A stretch of 64,000 nucleotides of DNA from Zygnema circumcarinatum SAG 698-1b (GCA_037447605.1 CM074804.1:2666001-2730000), one strand, 5' to 3'; shown: positions 12,742 to 30,177, counted from the first letter of the stretch. Translations and numbers: made by a program. Notes: a model not told the origin generated them from the letters alone.

Positions 12742-15700
12742 TCACCTCGTGGCTACTACGCCATTCCTCCCCTCCGTCTCCAACCCCTCTCCCGCACTCT
12801 CTCCTCCTCCACTCTCACCTCTCCCACTCCCTCCCGTCTCCCTCCCCTCCCCCTCCCCCTCCCCCTCCCCCCCCCCGTCACTCCCACCCCCTGCTCCCAC
12901 AATTTCCGGCACGAGGTCCAACAATTCGTTGAGGTCCTTCTGGAAGGACAGCCGCGCGCGGTTGCTTTTGCCGCCCACATAGAGCGTGGTCCCGTCCTGT
13001 ACAGCCCACACCTGCGAACAACAAAACCCTAAACTGAAGCATGGAACCGAGGCTACAATAGGCACTGAACTGAAAGCATATAGCGGGAGGTGTAACATGC
13101 ATTTGACAGAAGAAGCATGGAACCTGTTTTGATTGTAGGTACCCATCCCTCTTTTTTCTCGGAAAATAATAAAAAACCAAGGGCAAAAACTATGATTTAG
13201 GTTTTGGCAGGTGATTCCGAGGAGTGATTTACCCCGAAACCGACAAAGAAAAGAAATTGAAGGGTTGAAGAGATTTCCTTTACCTGCGAGTGTGACAGAA
13301 AACTGATCGCTGACGTCAGCATGAGGCCGCCAAACCCCGCATACACATAGGGAATGCTCGGGTCCATCTGGAAACCTCCCCCATCCCACAAAACCAAAGT
13401 TAAAAACGTGAGAGCAGTAGTGGGGAAAAAGGAAAAAGAGCAAAGTATAACAACACACACTCAAACACACAAGATACGCAAAACTAAACTGAACTGAACT
13501 GAACTGAACTGAACGAAACTGGACTGAACTGAACTGAACCGAACTGAACTAAATTGAACTAAACTAAAAACTGAAGTCAGAATAAAAAGAAAAGAAGTAA
13601 CGGCGCACCTTTAGTTCGAGCCCACTGCTTCCAATGACGTCACTGATGACAAGCTTCACTCCCTCGACTGTGATTGGCCGCCCGGAGTCAGGTCTCCTCA
13701 CTCCCACGAACTGACCCTCCTTGTCATAAATCACAACATTTTGCAGATCTCGAGCCAAAATAGATCTGCCGCCCGCACCAGAATCCCCACAGCTATTCAC
13801 GTTTCAAAAAAAAATCTCATAAAAAAAAATATGCAAGAGAAAAAAGAAAAAGAAATTTACGGTGTGGCATTCAAGATATCATTTGAAAATGCTTGTTTAC
13901 AAAAACGCCAAAAGTACCTAAAAAACCAAAAGTGCCGCAGCTTTTGGTGGGGCAGAGCGAAACGGGCAGGAAAAAATATTCTCACATGCCCTTTTTTTTG
14001 TCGAGTCCATCATCTCCGAGTGGCAAAAAAGTTCCGTAAAGTTTTTGGTCGCTGCCCGGTGGATGCAGAGCGGCCACGGGCAGGTTGAAAGGATCTGAGT
14101 CGTCCACTCGAAGTTGGACGGCTGAGATGGCCCAATCCGTTTGGTAGAGAGTGACCCCGTTGCAGCGAAGTGGGTCGTTCACACTTATCGTTTTGCGAAC
14201 CAGTTCGCGATCATTCAGGTCCAGCATTGAAAGGTCGGAGAAAAACTGTTTCACCTGCAGATTTTTTTAAACGAAAAAGAAGTTTTACATTCTGACCAGA
14301 AATTCCGAGTTGAAAAGCCTAACACGGGCACACACTCCGCAAAGCTTCATGGACAATCTCTCTCTCCCACTCCATCTCTATCTCCTTCCCTCTCCCTGTC
14401 TCTCCCCTCCACTCTCTTCCTCCTCCTCCCATGCTCCCTCTCCATTCCTCTCTCTCCCACTCTCTTTCTTCTCCCTCCGCTCCCATCTCCTCGGTCTCCC
14501 CTCCATCACTCCCTCCCTCCCTGTCCAGCCGCTCCCGCTCTCACCCTGGCCCACACACACCTCTCCATTTGGTCGATAGTCAATGTAAAACTTGTTCACG
14601 CGCACTCTTAAATTCATGCTGGATGACGGCCAGGATAAAATTCCGTTGGGTCGAACGGCATTTCCAACATAGAACTCGAGCCCCTGCGGAGTCATAGTGC
14701 TGCCCCTGTACCCCCCAATCGCCGTGTAGAGCCCTCCCCCCATCACTAGAAGCAGCGCCGCGTGCACTCCAATGGGCGCAACTCGTCCCACAAGGCCCTT
14801 GAACGCATACAGGGCCGGCCCCTTCACAAACACCTGTCAAAGCAGGCAATACAAAATTTTAAAACATTGAAAAAAGAATAAAAAATTTGAGACGAACCCA
14901 CTAATGAATGACGAAGTTACTACAAGACCCACTTCCGCAATTTCTTTGGGTAGTTGCGGACTGAAGAGCACATAGGGAATTTCTGACTGACCTGAAACCC
15001 TTCAGCAGAGAGCAGAGTGGCGAGATCTCCAAGGCGGGCGCGCTGCAACGTGTCAGCCACCGATTGCTTGAGAATCGCCTCCGGTTTGGTGCAGAAGGAC
15101 CACCTGGCAGCGCGGGATTGGCCGTCTGCAGAGTCACCTCAATGAATGACGAACCGCGGTTCCATGGGCATAGCCTGTGACGAAGAACTGAACTGAACTA
15201 AACTGAACTGAACTGAACTGAACTGAATTGAAACGGCTAGAGCTAACAGCCCTGTATGGAATGCGAGTGGGGGAGGGAGAAGAGCTAACTGAACTGAACG
15301 GCCAACAGCTAATGGCTAACAGCAGCACTACATGGAACGGGAGGGAAGGGGGAAGAAGGGGGGGTGGAGGAGTAGGGAACGGGGGAACTAAGAACTGAAC
15401 TTAATTAAACGGCTCACGGCCTTACATATGGGAGGTAGGAGGGGGAGAGATGCTTAGGACCGTAAAATTACCCAACAGCACTACTACCTCAAAAAAAAAC
15501 AACAAACCGCGGAAAATGGCCCAAATACACTTAAATACAAACTCCTACCCCCCACCCTCCCCACCCCCCACAACTCATAAATCCTGCAAAGAAAATCAAC
15601 TCAAGGAAGTCTCTCTCACCTCTGCGCCACTCTCACCATGGGCCATTGCCGGGTGGCGGTGCAGGCTATGAGAGAGAAGGCGAGCAGCCCCAAAAGCGCC

Positions 15701-16601
15701 AAAAAATAGGGCGCGGAATAAATGTGGTCCAATTGCAAGGCCAGAAGCGTCCGCCACGTCAGAAACCCTAAAACGGGACGGTCCTCCGGATAGAACTGCA
15801 TGTAGCTGGCGGTGCTCTCGCCCTGCTCTATGACGGTTCCTGCACAAGGGGGGGAGATTAGGGTTTAGGGTTAAAGGGAGAGTCGGAGGTTTAGGTCGAG
15901 GCTTAGGGGATTTGGGGCTGTGAGGGGTTTGGAGGTCTTCCGGATTTTGCGTACTTTTGCGGATTCCAGAGATTCAGAGCTCTGCTGAAATGAAGAGGGT
16001 TTAAGGATTGACAAGGTTTTGGGGTTCAGGGTTTAGGGTTTTAGGGGTTTTTTGTATAAGCAAAAAAATAGGAGCACTCACCGACGGCGCAGAGAGCCGC
16101 GATCGCGGCGAGCATGCCCATCGCCAGGGGGAAGGAGGCCAGCTGGCGAACCACACGCCGCCACGTCAGCTCCAAAAATCCGACCGGATCAATTTTTTGC
16201 ACCTGCCCGATGCTCCCTCGGGGGGGGGCAACGGAGAGGGTTGGAGCTTCAGTTCGAGCTTCAATTTCAATTTCCGGGGCAGAAACGAAATTATTATTCT
16301 CGCGATCTGCCTCCTTTGGGAATTTTTTTTTGCTTTCCGCGGAAAATGCAGAGGCCGCTTCTAAGGGAGGAGCTTCAGGAGTCGATTTTCCAAAATTTGG
16401 AGCATTTTTTTCTTTCATTTCTGCCCCCTTTTTATCTAATTTTGAGAAATTTTCGCGCTTTGCGAGGGCTAGGGGTGAAATTTTTATTGAGGGAAAAGGG
16501 GTGGAGGTGAGATGCCGAAATAATGGGGAGGGTCTGGAAATCCTGGAAACCCTAACATTCCAGGAAGCCCTTGAAAGCGTGGAACCACCATTTAGGGCCA
16601 T
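12742..16601 (-). CDS. CCS1: Cytochrome c biogenesis protein CCS1 (ResB/CcsB family), chloroplast-targeted
   Basis: Exons 16601-16082, 15839-15620, 15103-14992, 14833-14561, 14254-13986, 13765-13609, 13367-13284, 13011-12742; all phases consistent. Motifs GTVIEQGE, LQLDHIYSAPYF, YAFKGLVGRVAPIGVH, KTISVNDPLR, LYQTDW, DPSIPYVYAGFGGLML, VGGKSNRA. N-terminus is Ser/Arg-rich, like a transit peptide. Confidence 0.95.
13482..13565. repeat. (AACTG)n pentanucleotide microsatellite in a CCS1 intron
   Basis: Direct reading; a second array lies at 15185-15230. Confidence 0.9.
15185..15230. repeat. (AACTG)n pentanucleotide microsatellite in a CCS1 intron
   Basis: Direct reading. Confidence 0.9.
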
Positions 16602-16789
16602 TTTTGCGCGGGAGCACGGATAGTTATGTGGGGAGGGGGAGGTGGGAGGGAGAGATCGGAGGAGAGAGGGCGAGGAGGGAGAAAGCGAGAGAGAGGGAGA
16701 GAGGGTGGAAGCCATGGTTGAAAGCTTCGGGAAACGAGGAGATGGCGGTAGAAATGGAGCGTGATTGAAGGAAGATGTGCGGAGAGAGC

Positions 16790-17300
16790 GGGGCAAGGGG
16801 GGAGGGAAAGGGAGAAAGAGAGGGAGAGAAAGGGGGGGAGAGGGAGAGAAAGGGGGGAGGGGAAAGAGAGAGAGGGGGAGAAGGAGAGAGAGAGGGAGAG
16901 AGAAAGGGAGAGAGAGGGAGAGAGGGGAGGGAGAGGGAGAGAGAGAGAGAGAGGGGAGAGGGAGAGAGAGAGGAGGAAAGGGAGAGGGAGAGAGAGAGGG
17001 AGAGAGAGGGAGAGAGAGGGAGAGAGAGAAGGGGGGAGGGAGAGAGAGAGGGGGAGGGAGAGGAAGAGAGAGAGAGGGGGAGGGGGAGGGAGAGAGAGGG
17101 GGGGGAGGGAGAGGGAGAGAGAGGGAGAGAGAAAGGGAGAGAGAGGGAGAGAGAGGGGGAGAGGGAGAGAGATAGGGAGAGAGGGAGGGAAGGGGGAGGG
17201 AGAGAGAGGGAGAGAGAGAAGGGGGGAAGAAAAAGAAAGAGAGGGGGGGAGGGCGAGGGAGAGAGAGAGGGGGGAGGGGGAAGGGCGGTGGGGGAGAGTA
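16790..17300. repeat. GA-rich low-complexity tract upstream of CCS1
   Basis: Almost pure purine on the + strand; source of several spurious ORFs. Confidence 0.95.
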
Positions 17301-17361
17301 AGAGGGAGGGACCGGAGGAAAGGAAAAGAGCAGATGACCGTACCCACACGAATGGATAATA

Positions 17362-17890
17362 CCGTAAAACCGAACAGGTTGAGAAATAAAGAATTTGAAG
17401 ATTTTGGCTTCTCAAAAAAAACCGTTCAAAACCAGTTCTACAAAAAAAACCCTAATCTTTGTGAACACGATTTAATTTGAGAAGAGAGAACCAATTGAAC
17501 CTTGAACAACTAATTATCATTCGTGTTCAATTTGAGTTTTTCTTGGGTCCACCGATCAACATTGAGATTTTCGCGGATCGCGAAGAGAATGGACCCGTTT
17601 GTCCGTACTGAAATTGTTGGTCGGCTCGCGGGGAGAGCTGTACCAAAAAAGTGGGGCCCGGGTTAACCGGATCCCTCGAATCGCACGGAACCAACGTGAC
17701 AAAAATTGGAATCCACACGTGCGATCGAACCAATCGAGTCTTTGGACTTTTCCTTAAAGAACTTTTCGCTTTCTTAAATCGAAAAAGTTTCGACCTCGAG
17801 TGTTCAGAGTTCAACCCTATTCAATAAGATTGCGAATTGAAAAATTCAGTAAACTCGTTTCTCAATTTCTCAACCTCTTCGGTTTTACGG
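17362..17890. mobile_element. MITE family A copy 1 (Tc1/mariner-pogo-like, TA TSD)
   Basis: TA|CCGTAAAACCGAACAGGTTGAGAAA ... TTTCTCAACCTCTTCGGTTTTACGG|TA: 25-bp TIR with 1 mismatch. Interior is homologous to 53615-53973, 59962-60098 and 33012-33608. Confidence 0.85.
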
Positions 17891-18092
17891 TAGGGGGTCG
17901 CAAACTTGAACGACCATCTGTCATGCTGACGTCATATGGTTCAACTTTTCAAGTCAACGGCCGTTAAACCTGCTCCCTCGAGCGTGCCCGTGATCGTGAC
18001 GTGACGTGATTGTGTCCGTACGCCGCGGTGGCTGGGTCCACACCTCGGCCCGCGCGCGGGGTCGCAAACTTGTCGTGTTGCGCGGCCATTGG

Positions 18093-18154
18093 CCAATGGA
18101 GGATCGCCACGTGTCAAAAATATCTGAAGTGAATACGTGGCTTGCCACCATTGG
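18093..18154. promoter_or_regulatory. Convergent pair of CCAAT-N9-CCACG (ERSE-I consensus) elements
   Basis: CCAAT 18093-97 with CCACG 18107-11; CGTGG 18136-40 with ATTGG 18150-54. Confidence 0.6.
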
Positions 18155-19017
18155 GTTGTTTCTAAAAATAATAAAATACCAGTGAAGGCCCTCCTCAGAA
18201 ACCCCGTCAGCCGCTGCTGCAAGTTTTGAGCTGCAAACCGACCCCCTCCCCCTCCCCTTCCCCTCGCCCGCCCGCCCGCGCGTGCTCGCCCCGCGGCGGG
18301 CCGCGAGCAGCCACGGGGGAACACGCTAGAACGAGGAAAGCCTTTTCTCCTAGGATTTTTCTGCGCGTGTTTTTGGGCATTATTTGAATTATTTGAATTT
18401 CACTGCTAGGTTTGAAGACTTTTCAGACGAGACTTCGATTTTTGACTTCGCGTTTTTAGGTCACCGAATGTGAAGGAAACTGCTCTGTAAACTCTGTGTG
18501 AGTGCACATCATGTCCACTTCGACATCACATCAAACAGAAACGATGAGTCACTACACCATCACCACAATTGCAACATCACCGAGCGACCACGACATCATC
18601 AACCACAAACGGGCACAGATTGTTCGGCGACAGACACGTGACGATCAGTTCCAGTTTCCGTTAATACGCTGAGCCAACATAATTGACGACTTCGCACCAA
18701 CTTTGTAACATAGACTCCCAAAATCCCTCACGTAAATCTTCCTCCTGCCCATCTCGTCAAAATTCTCGTACTATACAGATCCTCGTCCCTCCACTCTCTC
18801 TCTCGTCTCCCTCTCTCCCTCTCTCCTCTCCCTCCCGCTCTCCCTTCCCCCAACCTCATCCCCAGCCAAAGAAAAGTCCTAAATTCTAAACCCAGTAACG
18901 CCAATAACCTACACCAAGTTTAGCTCCATGCAATGTCAACATTTTGGTTCCATTTCATTCCGTTCTCAAGTTACGCTCTGCTCCGTTCCGTTACGCGCAA
19001 CAGAACTGCTCCAAGCC

Positions 19018-24743
<5,726 letters not shown>

Positions 24744-24819
24744 GGCCGCCGCGAGGAGGGCGGGGCCGGGGAGGGAGAGACGGAGCCAGTCTCCCTTGAG
24801 AACTAAGATCGAGCGTCTT

Positions 24820-24873
24820 CCAATTGCGCCCCACCACGTGGACACATTTGTCAACGTGGCGAGGCACGATTGG
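24820..24873. promoter_or_regulatory. Convergent pair of CCAAT-N9-CCACG elements ~80-130 bp upstream of the fumarase ATG
   Basis: CCAAT 24820-24 with CCACG 24834-38; CGTGG 24855-59 with ATTGG 24869-73. Confidence 0.65.
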
Positions 24874-25535
24874 AAGAAGATCGAGCCTTGTGCCTCTAAC
24901 AGCCTCATGCCAAAGTACGAGCCGTTCGTACGGAAGTAAGGCAGGCCTCTTCAAATAGGGGAGATCCCCTAAATATCGTAAATAGCTTATTTATGTAAGA
25001 TTTTGAGATTAGTTTACGTGATTTCAACTTAAATACCACACAAGCCCCAAAAAAGCATTTTTTTGGTTAAAAACAAAAAGGAAATGAATTGCAGTTGCAA
25101 CCACGATAGCAATGATGTATATGAACTTTACTTGTTGGTATAACAACACGGCTTTAGAAACTGGTGCAACCTCTTCGACTCTTACAGATTGGTAAATTTT
25201 ACCAATCAATTAGAACAACTGTGCATTTGGCAATCACAATATATAGTTGCTTATTCAAAAACCCAATTGCACTGAAACTTTGTAGATCCAATCCTAAGCT
25301 CTCTATTTCCTTTTCCATCCATCATTAATTACTCCAAGTATCACTTTAGAATCCATCATAGTCTTGAAATTTCCTCACAAAAACTCTATTCCAAATCATA
25401 ACCTCTGAAATTCTAGGTGTAGTCACAAAAGAAAAACTGAAATAGGAACTAAAATTAGAAATGAAATGAAAAATGGTCTCACTCCCTTAGGAGTTTTAGG
25501 CTGATCAGGACAGCTATAGAAGTGATGCAAACTAC

Positions 25536-25700
25536 TCAAAGAGACCCTCGAAGAGTGTTCAAACTATCAAACCGTTTGCAGTGAAGAATGCCTTCCAATG
25601 AAAAGTCTGTCAACCTCTTTCGAAACTCGTCTTTCTCCCATCCAATTACTGAAAAATCAGACTCGACGGTAGCAATAGGGGGTGTCAGACTTAACAAAAT
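25536..25700 (-). pseudogene. hAT transposase C-terminal dimerisation-domain fragment
   Basis: LLSLTPPIATVESDFSVIGWEKDEFRKRLTDFSLEGILHCK fits the hATC pattern (P.T...E..FS......R..L....LE.L); lies inside hAT TIRs. Confidence 0.75.
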
Positions 25701-25929
25701 CTTACGAAAAGCGTTACGAAAAAAAAGGTTACGAAAGTACTCCGCCGCAGGAGGATCGCGATTATACTGGAGTACTCGTTCTGATGTCAAACTTACGAAC
25801 ACGCGTACTGAAAATTTTTAAGTCTGACACCCCCTACTGTTGGGAAATGATGAAGCAAGGTCTCCACAAAATTCTCGTCCGTACGTGTACGGTTTCGTCC
25901 GTATAGTCCATATTTACGTGTTTTTACAA

Positions 25930-26922
25930 GGAAAATTCTATTCTCACACCTTTTTTGTCTACACGCAGGCCTCTTTTCGCCGGGCAGATTTTAAAATAGC
26001 ACAAAAAAGGAACACACCTTTCACACCTTTTCACCCTTTTTTCTTTCACCTTTTTTTTCACACCTTTTTGGAATCGATACACACCTTTCTCCGTCGGGCA
26101 GATTTTACCCCTTCTTGTTTTTTTCAGAGAAAAAAATATCGGCCTGCCCGAATCCTCTCCGAGCGGAAGATCCGTCCGCCACGAGATCGTTCGCGGGTGG
26201 CCGTCCTTCACACGTGACTCTACACCGTCGATTCTAGCTCAGATCGCACCACGGCAGATCGGCAGATCGGCAGCACCGGGCTTGGTCACACGCCCACGTG
26301 TCCCACCCAAGCAAGCTCAAAGGTCCGTACACAAGTCGTACGGTCGCAGCTTCGAGGAAAGTCTAAAATCCTTAACATTGAGAGCTTGAACCAATCACCA
26401 TCTGCCGCGTGCGCGTATTAGACGTGGCAAACTGTGATTGGTACATGCACTCAATGACTAAATACGTTTTTTTGACTTTCCTCGAAGCTGCGCCTTATGT
26501 ACGGTCCATTGAGCCGGCTTGGGTGGGACACGTGGGACAGAGAACGGCTGCTGATCGAACGGTGATCTGCCATGGTGTGAACTGCGTGAAAATCGACGGC
26601 GGGAACTTATTGCACGTGTAAAGGACGGCCACCCGCGAACGATCTCGTGGCGGACGGATCTTCCGCTCCGAGCGGATTCGGGCAGGCAGATGTTTTTTTC
26701 TCTGAAAATATAAGATGAGTAAAATCTGCCCGACGGAAAAAGGTGCTCACGGCGCTCGGCCGCTCAGGACTAGTAGCGTGTATCGATTCCAAAAAGATGT
26801 GAAAAAAAAGGTGAAAAAAAAGGTGAAAAAAAAAGGTGTGTTCCTTTTTTGTCTATTTTAAAATCTGCCCGGCGAAATGAGGTCTGTGTGTAGACAAAAA
26901 AGGTGTGAGAGTAGAATTTTCC
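25930..26922. mobile_element. Fold-back Mutator-like non-autonomous element (B0) nested in hAT H1
   Basis: Termini GGAAAATTCTA / TAGAATTTTCC, ~290-bp inverted arms, 8-bp TSD TTTTACAA (25922-29, 26923-30). hAT paralogue H2 shows the empty site. Subterminal and core sequence is shared with B1/B2. Confidence 0.88.
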
Positions 26923-27466
26923 TTTTACAAAACCAAGTTAGGGGACAGTCCCCTATCTTAAGCCGAAATCCCCTATTTGAAGAGGCCTGAAGTAAGGTAT
27001 GACTTGTACGGTAATCATCAAAACCGTATATGTACGGTCTAGAAAGTACCTGCTGGTACACAGGCCGTACGGCCCTGAACGGTTCAGGGCACGGCTTCCC
27101 TCCGCTCGTCGCCCTCTCTCCTTCGCCCTCTCTCCGCTGCCCCCTCCGCCTCCTCCTCCTTCACTAGACGCAGTAAGGAGTACGGTATGGGCCGCGTCAG
27201 TCTCTCACATTGCCCTTCAATAATTTTTTAAAAACAGTGCTGGCAGGTTTCGCGCTCACCACTTATTTCGCAGGAACGCACGTGCTAAATTCGAATTCTG
27301 TTTCTTCCGGAAATGTGAACGATCGACACGCCCTACCCTTACTCTGTTGCATTCTCTCTGAACCCGTCCTGCTGAAGCCCGCCCTAATACCCGCAAAACT
27401 CTGCACTTTTGCTACGCTCTCATTTTCCCTCCCTCCCTCCCTCCCTCCCTCCCTCCCTCTCTCCCA

Positions 27467-28121
27467 ATGCCTGGCCCCGGCGCCCATCTCCTGTACACAC
27501 TCGCCAGCGGCTTCGCCCTGCGCCACGTGTCACTCGGCCATTTCTCCGCCCTCCATTGCATGGTATACACAATCAACTCCCTTGTTGGCCCCGACATTGG
27601 CCCAATTCTGGAATATTTTCTCCAAAAATCGGCGCCAATGTTGGCAGCGCGTCTCATGGCCACCGTGCACCACCCGGTGGGCTATGTCCTCATCATGGGG
27701 GGGCCCCTCTCCATGCTCTACCGCTGGATCTCTTCCGCTCTGTTTCGGGACGCCCCGCGGCATTCACATGAGGTCTGTTGGGTTCAACTTTCGGCACGTT
27801 TCCATGTGTTTGGATTAGGGCAACTCCGTTTTTTTGTTTTTTTGTTTCTTTATTTTTTTTCTTTTCTTTTCTTTTTTTTCTAGTTTGTATTGTTTCTGGT
27901 GACTGCTGCCTATGTTTCCATTTTCTTTACTTCTCCCTCTCTCACTTTCCGTCGAACGGCCTTTTCTATGTTGTGCAGAAGGAGCTTCTTTTCAGCCAAT
28001 GCTTTGCTCTCCTTGTCGCCGGTTGCCTTTCGCATTTTTTCCTCGACATCCTCTTTGAGGTATTGATCGAAAACTGATTCAACTTTCTCTCTTTCTCTCT
28101 TTCTCTTTTTTTCTCTCTCTA

Positions 28122-28172
<51 letters not shown>

Positions 28173-29133
28173 CTCTCTCTCTCTCTTCTTATCTTCCCCT
28201 CCCTCTCGTCCCCCTCGTTCCTCTCTGCTGCCCCCCCTCCTCTCTCCTTCTCTCTGACTCTCTCACACTCTAGGCCTCCCCATTGCCTCCTTATTGCTGT
28301 CCCCTTTTTTTCAATAAAATATTTTACCGCACAACCTTCTCCTATCCCAATCCTCTGTCCACGTTCAAAGTGAGCGTTCTGACAACCGTCAAAAGGAGAG
28401 ATCACATCCCATTCTGAATTCAGCGTTTCCAAGTGTGCAGGAGAACGGCCACACGGCGTTCTATGTGTGGATATTGAGCACAGGCTATTGGCGCGGATCC
28501 CCGCCGCTGTACCCCGACTCTGTGGCGGTAACGGGGGCTCTGTGCACAATTCTTCTCGTTGGATTTTGCTTCTTAAACAGGTAAGTATGGGCCCACACAT
28601 GCTTCAGAACTCACAGAATTTTATGTTAGAATTTTTGCTTACAGTTTTCTGTCCGATTGATCCATTGCTTTGTTTTTACCTTTGGTCCCTGAAAGCCCCC
28701 TGAAGAGACCCAAATACCTGAAATATTCTTGAACCTTAAAAACGCTGAACCTTCGTTCTGAAACCACTAAAAGCCCAGTAAAGATGATGTCATTTGAGCA
28801 GTATTTTTTTTTTTTTTCTGTGTCGGTGTGTGCAGACCGCAACCGAAAAATAACTTTAATATTTCCAATCAGCTTCTGACTCTTCTCCTTATGGGCACAG
28901 TCGCGGCCCTCTATTGCCTGTGGTGTGCCTTCAACATTTACGGTCTGCCCGAAAAAAATCGGAGGCCGCCCGTGGGAGAGGAAGCGGACCTCGGAGTAAT
29001 TACATTTTTGGCCCTTTTTTTCTTTTTACCGTACGGACTTTGTATATCGACAATTGGGGCGCATCTGAGCGAGCAGGAAAAGAGTCCTTTGCTGCCGCTT
29101 TCGACAAGAGAGAGGGAGAGAGGGAGAGAGTGA
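27467..29133 (+). CDS. Conserved plant multi-pass membrane protein, YdjM-like putative metal-dependent hydrolase
   Basis: Exons 27467-27772, 27979-28059, 28441-28580, 28836-29133 join in frame: MPGPGAHLLY..GPDIG..HHPVGY..LSHFFLDILFE|ENGHTAFYVWILSTGYW..VGEEADLGV. I recognise this as an uncharacterised land-plant family. The functional call comes from His/Asp motifs only. Confidence 0.85.
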
Positions 29134-30177
29134 GGGAGAGGGAGAGAGGGAGAGAGGAAGAGAGTGAGGGAGAGAGAGGGAGAGGGGAAGAAAGTGAGGG
29201 AAGAAAGTGAGGGAGAGAGAGTGACGGAGAGAGGGAGAGAGGGAGAGAGGGAGAGAGGGAGAGAGTGAGGGAGAGAGAGACCTTCGTTAGCTCAATTTTG
29301 TAAATTTTTGTTTTGACTACGGGCAATTTTTAGTAGTCGGGTTTCTGATTTGCAATTAGGCTCGGGGCTTAGGGTTTCTGGTTCACGATTAGGGTTTTAG
29401 GATTAAGGGCCCTTGGTTTACAATTCTTACTGTACGATTAGGAATAGGGTTTAATGATTTTTGGTTTACAATTAGGATTAGGTTGTCGCGATTAGGGTTT
29501 TTACAATTATGGATAAGAGTTTAAAGGTCTTGGTTTACAATTAGGGTGAGGGTTCAGAGTTCTTGGTTCACGATTAGGGTCTGGGGCTTTCCCAGATGCA
29601 ATGTATCAACAATCTCCATAAACACACCGTATGTCTTCTGTCAATAATTTCGGCTAGGCCCTGCTTTGCAAATGGTTACGTTGGCATATAACATTGTACA
29701 GGGATTAAATCCAATACCGCAAAATATACTAAATCTAGGTTACAAATAGCTCAATTTTTTATCACTCCTGATTGGCTCGTGTATCCTCGTATGATTCCCC
29801 TCTTAACATACCCGATATAAAGAAAAAGGAGAACCTTCGAAAAAAGAATAAGAGTGGGGAGGGACTGAGAGCTGCTCTTCCAGGGGTCTAAGCTAATGAG
29901 AAAAATCCGGACCTCTAGTTTCCCTCTCTGTCGCAAGGAACTGTTCAGTCAGTTTGACAGACAGTTGAACGGGAGCAGTTTCCCATACATGGGAATGCCC
30001 TGGAACCCTAATCCCAGACAATGTAAAGATGCCTATCCTTTTTAAACCCTAAACAATGTGGCCACTTAACAGATTCGACTAATCGTATAGTTCGGTCGGT
30101 ATAGTCGGCCGAGTCCCACGAAGTTTTCCGACGGATGATTAATTTTTCCTATCAATCGTATTTTCGTTTCCCTCTCT

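Larger units (their letters stand above)
24942..26989. mobile_element. Non-autonomous hAT element (copy H1) with transposase remnant
   Basis: TIR CAGGCCTCTTCAAATAGGGGA / TCCCCTATTTGAAGAGGCCTG; perfect 8-bp TSD AAGTAAGG (24934-41, 26990-97). Confidence 0.92.

Noticed and set aside
16592-17480. Several 190-260 aa ORFs (SLSLSP / ERERG repeats), and similar ones at 20302-21063, 30251-31114, 36004-36845, 49572-50309 and 57468-57984
   Set aside because: They are translations of GA/CT or TG low-complexity tracts in introns and flanks, with no domain content.
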